This document shows, piece after piece, positions 56,796 to 64,000 of a stretch of DNA of 64,000 bases. Numbering within the stretch: the stretch's first letter is position 1; each line of letters begins with the position of its first letter. The notes under the pieces were generated by a model. The model made no database searches. It was not told the origin of the DNA and worked only from the letters and a program-made list of their open reading frames with translations. The stretch is from NCBI GenBank assembly GCA_964016885.1, contig OZ024742.1, positions 144,956,001-145,020,000 of the forward strand, in the 5' to 3' direction. Origin of the DNA: Eledone cirrhosa. Its lineage: Eukaryota. The position numbers were made by a program, and so were the translations under genes.

Positions 56796-57199
56796 AAATA
56801 TAGAAATGTCATATACAGCGAAGGGTATATGCAGAAACATACACACAACTGCATATGGCCTTCGCTGTATTTAATAGTTTATATATATATATATATATAA
56901 ACTATTAAATACAGCGAAGGCTCGCAGGCTCCGATGAACTGACTGGTTATAACTTTGTATTGGCGATCGAGTAACGTGAAAATAAGCGGATAGCGATCTC
57001 TAGACCTACCAGTTCAGAGAAACAATTGTCAGCAATGAGATTAAAAACCTTTTTGTATAGCAAACCGTGTCACTCTTCTTTCCTGATTTATCATTACTCC
57101 AAGTGTTTACAACATAGGAATTACAGCGTACTCGCAGCATCACTATGGAAACGCCTTGTTGAGTCAAACTTAGCCAAGCCAACAATTATTTGTTACCCC

Positions 57200-57256
<57 letters not shown>

Positions 57257-57849
57257 CTTACGGTAAATATTGATGCAATTCAAATCAAGCACTCGACGCA
57301 TTTTTTCCACAGCGTTTTTCGATAGAGGGGAGAAATGTGAACGAGTTACAGAGAGAAAGAGTGAGAGTGAAAGAAACAGACAGACTAAAAGAGGGGGATA
57401 GCGGGAGAGAGAGAGAGTGACAGACGCCGTCTTTTGAGAGTTGTATGCGTCAAAGATACATGACAGTGGAATAACTATTGCGTGTGTGTGTACGTGCGCG
57501 CGTGTGTGTGTGAGTTTGTGTGCGTTTGCATGCGTGAGTGTGTATGTGTGCGTGAGTGATTATAAACTCTCTCACATGGTCTGATGGAATTAACCCTTTA
57601 GCATTTACATTACTCTATATATACTATATTATTTTCATGGTAAAGGCTTTATCTCACATAATATAAAAACCTCATAGATTTAATATTATTTATTTTGAGA
57701 ACAACACCTTAACCCTTTAGTATTAATGTGAGTGAGTTATAAAGAGAAAGAGTGAGAGTGAAAGAAACAGACAGACTAAAAGAGGGGGATAGCGGGAGAG
57801 AGAGAGAGACGCTGGAAGAGGGGAAGGAAAGCTATATGTCTTGCTGTCT

Positions 57850-58266
57850 GCATTACGATACATATATATATACACACACACACACTGATCGCGTCATAAT
57901 GACGTAATGCAGACAGCCAGACATACAGACAGTTTGCCTTTCATCCTTACGGGGTCGATAAAATAAAGTACCAGTAATGCACTGGGTAATTGCTGGCCTT
58001 GTGCCTAAAGTAGAAACAATTATAAGGGCGCAACGTTATATCTATGTATCTATCTAAAAGACTAAGAATTATAGAGAGATATCGCTAAATCGCCTAATGC
58101 GGTCCCTAGGGCATTGAAAATTTGAAATATTGTTTGCTCAAAACACTCACAGGACCATAAGTATTACATATGTAAAGTGTGAAAACAATCGGTTAGGTGG
58201 TTCTCAGGTTTTAGTGAGCTGACAGACAGACAGACAGACAGACATTCTCTGTTTTAGATATATAGA
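57850..58266 (-). mobile_element. Helitron 5' portion containing a SINE family A fragment (57932-58022)
   Basis: Minus strand TCTATATATCTAAAAC..(GTCT)n start; homologous to 59024-59290. Confidence 0.65.
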
Positions 58267-58345
58267 CTAGCAGAAAACCGCCCCCGGGTGGTTTTCTGCT
58301 AGTATATATATATATATTACACACACAAAAATGTATATATATTTC

Positions 58346-58420
<75 letters not shown>

Positions 58421-58519
58421 CACACGCAGAAATGTATATATATTTCTGTGTGTATATATATATATATATTACACACAAAGAAATGTATATATATTTCTGT
58501 GTGTATATATATATATTTC

Positions 58520-58550
<31 letters not shown>

Positions 58551-59023
58551 TACACACATACAGAAATGTATATATGTTTCTGTAGCACTCCTCAATTCCC
58601 CCCTCTCTCCCTCCCGCTATCCCCCTCTTGTAGTCTGTCTCTTTCTTTCACTCTCACTCTCTCTCTACGCGTGCGCAAAAAACATTCGCACGCGCGCACG
58701 TGTTTTAGCGTCTATTCACTCTCTCTCTCTCTCTCCCGCTATCCCCCTCTCGTAGTCTGTATCTTTCCTTCATTTTCACTCTCACTCTCTCTCTACGCGC
58801 ACGTGTTTCCACTGTCGGACAGATAGACAAACAGAGAAATTGCTGGTTATATATTATAAGGAGATATATATATAATTATATATTCGTGTACAGATATTTT
58901 TGCATACACAATAACAAAATATAAATAAACGTATTTATTCACGAGGCTCAATAAGGATAAATATATATCAAATATATAAGAACCCTAGAGCAAATCCCGA
59001 GTAACGCCGGGCCATTCTGCTAG

Positions 59024-59537
59024 TATATATATAAAACTGAGGATGTCTGTGTGTGTGAGTTCGAACCCCTAAAACTCGAGAACCACCAAACTGACTGTTT
59101 TCAAACTTTACACATGTAATACTTATGTTTCAGGGAGTGTTCTGAGCAAAAAACATTTCAAATTAATTTTCAATGCCCTTAGCGATCTCGCTCTATAATT
59201 CTTAGTCTTTCTCTTTTTAGATAGATATATACATATAACGTCGCGCCCTTATAATATCTGTCTGTATGTCTGACTGTCTGCATTACGTCGCTTCCCTGAG
59301 GATGTCTGTCTGTGTGTGTGGGTGTCTGTGAGTTTGAATCTTTAAAACCCGAGAAGTACCCAACCGATTTTTTTCAAGCTTTACATGTGTATTATGTATG
59401 TTTCAGGGAGTGTTATGCACATAAAAAAAATTAAATTTTTTTTATCTCCTAGGCATACAGTTTTTCCACGATTAGGTCTGTTGGCGGCCCGCGTTCCAAA
59501 ATAACTTATCCCGTGCAACGCCGGGTGCCACTGCTAG
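59024..59537 (+). mobile_element. Non-autonomous Helitron, preceded by another Helitron 3' end (58996-59023)
   Basis: TATATATATAAAACTG start; CCCGTGCAACGCCGGG hairpin plus CTAG|T. Confidence 0.75.
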
Positions 59538-59599
<62 letters not shown>

Positions 59600-59849
59600 T
59601 GTATGTATGTATGTATGTATATGTATGTATGTATATATATGTATGTATGTATATAGATGTATGTATGTATGTATATATATGTATGTATGTATGTATGTAT
59701 ATATATGTATGTATATGTATGTATGTATGTATATATATGTATGTATGTATGTATATGTATGTATGTATGTATATATATGTATGTATGTATGTATATGTAT
59801 GTATGTATGTATATATATGTATCTATGTATGTATATATATGTATGTATG

Positions 59850-59880
<31 letters not shown>

Positions 59881-59903
59881 GTATATATATATATGTATGT
59901 ATG

Positions 59904-59934
<31 letters not shown>

Positions 59935-59984
59935 GTATATATATATATATATATATGTATGTATATATATATGTATGTATGTAT

Positions 59985-60315
59985 AACTTTGAATAACTTT
60001 GAAATGTTTTGGCCAGTATTGGCCCAGGCCATGTCTAACTTAATAGCACCACCACCTGGCGAAGTCTTTCAATTCAGGATTTGGGCACCATGGCCCATTC
60101 GAGAAGAGAATTACTGTTTGCGGAGACATATCCGGGTGTGGGTGGTTTGTCCGGGATTACTTGGAGGAATTTGTCCAAAGACTTCTTGAATTTTGTGTGG
60201 TCAGTTTCTGTTTTGACGTGTCCTGGTGTGATGTTGAAGAGAGCAGGGCCGATTGAGGTGAAATAATTGTGCCGTATTGTTGTTATGAGTTGCGATTTAG
60301 ATTTTTGAATGGGAT
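59985..60315 (-). mobile_element. CR1-type LINE 3' fragment within (TATG)n
   Basis: GPALFNITP...FKKSLDKFLQVIPDKP...NSNSLLEW; tail (TTCAAAGTTA)2. Confidence 0.7.
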
Positions 60316-60446
60316 GTATATATATGTATGTATATATATATATATGTATGTATATATATATGTATGTATGTATTTATATATATATATGTATGTATGTATA
60401 TATATATATATGTATGTATGTATGTATGTATATATATATATGTATG

Positions 60447-60477
<31 letters not shown>

Positions 60478-60591
60478 ATATATATATGTATGTATGTATA
60501 TATATATATATGTATGTATGTATATTTATATATATGTATGTATATTTAATATATATATGTATGTATGTATGTATATATATATGTATGTATG

Positions 60592-60623
<32 letters not shown>

Positions 60624-60741
60624 CGTATGTATATATATATATATATATATGTTTGTATGTATATATATATATGTATGTATGTATATATATGTATGTATGT
60701 ATATATATATATGTATGTATGTATATATATATATATGTATG

Positions 60742-61350
60742 TGTCAGGTCACCAGTTGGTGCTACTGGTAACATGTATCCCAGTACAACCTGTCTCATGG
60801 CCGGGTCGTTGGCGACTAAACTGGCAACCCCACCAAGGTTTCTTGGTGAGGAGGGTGACTTTGGACATCCTGCGGGACTAAAAACAAAACCTGTCAAAAG
60901 GCAAAGGGGCTCTTAAGAGTCAATAGCCATCCAAAATCACCGGGAGAGATGACCCCTTAGCCTTTGTCAAGGCAGAATTCTAGGAGAAGGAAAACTCTGA
61001 TATAACACCTGCAACCCTGATGGTATCCAATGATGTTGAATTGTTCTTCTTTTTGGTAAATATCATCTTGGTTAAGAGAGTGGGACTGGCTTTGTGCAGT
61101 GCCTTTGCTCACTATAAAAGCTTCACAGCACAGGCATTGCTTTATATCTGGAGATCTCTCTGCACTTGTCGTCACATGGTACCATGGGCCCAGCACTATG
61201 TGTCAATAATTGTCATAAGTGTAGTGTTTGTACCAGAGTTTTCAAGTCGCTGGCTGGACTAAAAAGTCACATTCGTTCAGCGCATTGGTAGGGGTTCTCC
61301 TACATGGATATAAAGTAGTGGCCGTACTCGAAAACGAGTTGGCAGCCACC
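60742..61350 (+). mobile_element. Bipartite RTE-derived non-autonomous retroelement (5' UTR fused to 3' end) within (TATG)n
   Basis: RTE-like 5' UTR motif CTAGGAGAAGGAAAACTCTG; 3' C2H2 remnant [24 protein letters not shown]; second copy at 23520-23828. Confidence 0.65.
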
Positions 61351-61361
61351 ATATATGTATG

Positions 61362-61397
<36 letters not shown>

Positions 61398-61429
61398 TGT
61401 ATGTATATATATATATGTATGTATGTATG

Positions 61430-61467
<38 letters not shown>

Positions 61468-61473
61468 TGTATG

Positions 61474-64000
61474 TTTTCTCTTTCTCTTAATTTCGAGTAT
61501 ATTTTTTTTGACCGGCCACCTTCCTGGTGGCAAGGTTGTAAAAGAAAAGAAATTGTCATCCCTTGAATCGCAAGAATGTTTTGCATATTTTGAAGGTGCC
61601 AGCTATCGCAGCCATTTGTAGACTGTGAATTAGGGAGCTGCGCTTTTTGTCCGCAAATCCAAGTTCGGTCATACTTTGGTCCAAGCGGGTTGGTATATAA
61701 CCCGTAGCACCAATAATGATGGGTATGAAGCTAAATGTGTATCTTGGATACTGGATTTGTAAGCTCCTCATCAATGGTCCGTAGATGTCCTCCTTCTCCT
61801 GTATTTTTCTGACAACGTTTACATCAAGTGGGCAGCTGATCTCCACAACAGAACACGTTTTCAATGTGTGGTCCCAAACTACAATATCAGGCCGGTTGTG
61901 CTTTAATTTGGTGGCAGTTTTTATTTTCAGGTTCCACCAGTATTCCTTAGTGCCATCTGTCTCAATATATTCTTCCTCGTTTGTTGTTAATTTTGTTTTC
62001 CGAAGTGCGTTCCAGATAGTTCTAGCTATCCCATCGTGTCTCATGGGGAGGTAGTAGCGAGATGACATTCTTTCGCAGCTGGCAACAATGTGGCTTACAT
62101 CCTCGATCTTTGTTTTACATAGCCTACATTTATTGTCAGCTGCTGGCCCTCCTCTTTTGTGCAGCAGATATTTGGTAGGGAGTTCTTGTTCCTGTATTGC
62201 ATAGAGATATCCCTCAAGGTGTGATGTCATAAACTTGTCGGAACTCCATGCCAGGCTTTTTGAGTGGTTTATCCCCTCTATGGTCTGTGTTTTACGCCTC
62301 AAGTATCCATGCACAACTTTCTCTGTAAATTGGTCAATTTTTTTTTCTTGTTTGAACATTGAATAGGATCTTCCGATTTCTCTGGGTGAGAGATTTATAT
62401 CAGGCTTTATTCCATATCTCTCCTCCAGATCAGTCGCTATTCTAATGATATTTCTTTTTTCATGCTCATAAACCTGAGCAAGATGGTCGCCAACCTTTTT
62501 CCTCTGTTGAAGGTGTTGCTTCAGTGTTACTATCCGGGTCTCATATGTTGTTAATATTGATTTTAGACCCCGGCCACCTTCCTTGCGTGAGAAGTATAGC
62601 CTATCCACATCACCATTGATGTTAAAGTTCCCAGTAACACTGAGAAGTTTTCGAGTTCTAACATCCATCTCACTTAGTTCTTGCAATGACCAGTTCAGTA
62701 GGCCAAATGTTGGCGTTAGAATTGGCACAGCATAGGTATTGTGGGCAATGTATTTGTTGTATGCTGACAGTTCTGATGACCATATTTTTTTTACTCTTCT
62801 GAGGTATTCAGTTCTGGTTCTCTCCTTATTTATGGGTCCATCATATCTGACATTCTCATCCTGTCCAAGATATCTGTAGTTGTCACCTGACTGCAGAGGT
62901 TGTATTGTCAGGCCGTTCATCTCTAAATTTCTAGAGGAGGGCACAGCTCTTCCACGTTTTACTGCCAAATATGCACACTTGGACTCACCAAATTTCATTT
63001 TGATGTCGGTTGAAAATTGTGTAATGAGGTCCAATTGTTTCTTGATGTCATTGATATTTGGCCCATACAACTTCAGGTCATCAACAAAGAAAAGATGGGA
63101 GATACTTCTGGGCCCACTTCTTTGTCCACCTTGTTTCCTGAGTAGGTAAGATAGTGGATTCAGTGAGAGAACGAAGAGTAGTACTGACAAGCTATCACCC
63201 TGAAAGATGCCCTTCTGGTAATGTATCCTATCAGTCTTAACCTGCTCCTTCTCACCTCTAAGGATCAAATTGGTGTACCAGTTCTTGGTCAGGCGTTCAA
63301 CAGCAGCTACTAATGGTTGTGGGACTTTAGCTAACTGTAAAGCCTTAATAATCCACCCATGAGGTACACTATCAAATGCTTTTTGATAGTCCAGCCACAC
63401 GACAGTCATGTTTCTGCGATTCTTTGTTGTTTTTTCCTAAATCATTTTGTTAGTTAGTAGGTGATCTATGCAACCCCACACCTCCCTCTTTCCACCAGCT
63501 TTCCCAGGTGTTATGATGTTGTTGGTAGCACAGTGATCCTGTAAGAACAGGTTAAGGCACCCAGTATATAATTTATACATGATGTTTTGGCAGGCAATTG
63601 GGCGGTAATTTTTAGCAAGGGTGGCTATTTTGGGGAATGAGGAGAGTAGTGGCAGTTGATAACCATCTGGGCAGTTCTTGTGTGCCCTTAATGGTTTCTG
63701 TAAACAGCCGTATGAGATCTTGCCGATAGAAAGTGAAATTCTTCAACCAGTTTCCTGTAATGAGGTCTGGGCCTGGCGATTTCCTATTCGACATTTTCTG
63801 TAGAGCTGTTTCCAGTATTGACCCATCTATGTCATATTGTTTTGTCTGGACATGTTGGCAGTAGTCCTGTTCCAGTTGTTTTAGCCAATTAGCTTGTCTG
63901 TTGAATCCGTCATCCGTTTCCCATACAGATCTCCAGTAGTTCTCAACCTGTTCTTTTGAAGGGGTGTCGTTTACAGGGATTGAGCTTTTGCCACCGAAGC
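61474..64000 (-). mobile_element. R4/Dong-like non-LTR retrotransposon (RT plus restriction-like endonuclease); extends beyond the window
   Basis: [43 protein letters not shown]; 3' UTR abuts (CATA)/(TA)n. Confidence 0.9.
61556..63409 (-). CDS. RT, CCHC and PD-(D/E)xK endonuclease; 617-aa open segment (upstream part disrupted)
   Basis: Motifs as above; lesions upstream near 63430-63620. Confidence 0.85.
   Translation of the reverse strand: MTVVWLDYQKAFDSVPHGWIIKALQLAKVPQPLVAAVERLTKNWYTNLILRGEKEQVKTDRIHYQKGIFQGDSLSVLLFVLSLNPLSYLLRKQGGQRSGPRSISHLFFVDDLKLYGPNINDIKKQLDLITQFSTDIKMKFGESKCAYLAVKRGRAVPSSRNLEMNGLTIQPLQSGDNYRYLGQDENVRYDGPINKERTRTEYLRRVKKIWSSELSAYNKYIAHNTYAVPILTPTFGLLNWSLQELSEMDVRTRKLLSVTGNFNINGDVDRLYFSRKEGGRGLKSILTTYETRIVTLKQHLQQRKKVGDHLAQVYEHEKRNIIRIATDLEERYGIKPDINLSPREIGRSYSMFKQEKKIDQFTEKVVHGYLRRKTQTIEGINHSKSLAWSSDKFMTSHLEGYLYAIQEQELPTKYLLHKRGGPAADNKCRLCKTKIEDVSHIVASCERMSSRYYLPMRHDGIARTIWNALRKTKLTTNEEEYIETDGTKEYWWNLKIKTATKLKHNRPDIVVWDHTLKTCSVVEISCPLDVNVVRKIQEKEDIYGPLMRSLQIQYPRYTFSFIPIIIGATGYIPTRLDQSMTELGFADKKRSSLIHSLQMAAIAGTFKICKTFLRFKG

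Overview
AT-rich eukaryotic (animal) genomic DNA made almost entirely of microsatellites and transposable elements. The repeat landscape is most consistent with an octopus/coleoid cephalopod; this is inferred from repeat style and not verified. I found no confidently identifiable host gene, and most listed ORFs are (TA)n/(CA)n/(TATG)n translation artefacts. Recognisable elements: a full-length degenerate Ty3/Gypsy LTR element of the CsRn1 type (28962-34460, minus) nested in a CRE-like LINE remnant; a second decayed Gypsy pol with a 3' LTR; a full-length Tx1/L1-type LINE inside a (TTA)n tract (48140-54190) plus a diverged partial relative; a 5'-truncated Penelope-like (Naiad-type GIY-YIG) element with inverted termini; an R4/Dong-like RLE LINE running off the window end; RTE and CR1 fragments; non-autonomous Helitrons; MITEs; and more than 15 tRNA-derived SINE copies. 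Two things stand out. (1) About ten hammerhead-ribozyme motifs, several with non-canonical cores or extended stem II, lie in fold-back or tandem non-coding elements at (TA)n tracts, resembling a Penelope-dependent retrozyme system. (2) Two diverged Tx1 LINE copies share the same in-frame UGA at the start of the RT region, followed by a conserved hairpin, a candidate programmed readthrough or A-to-I recoding site. All structures were read by eye; no folding, alignment or database search was run.
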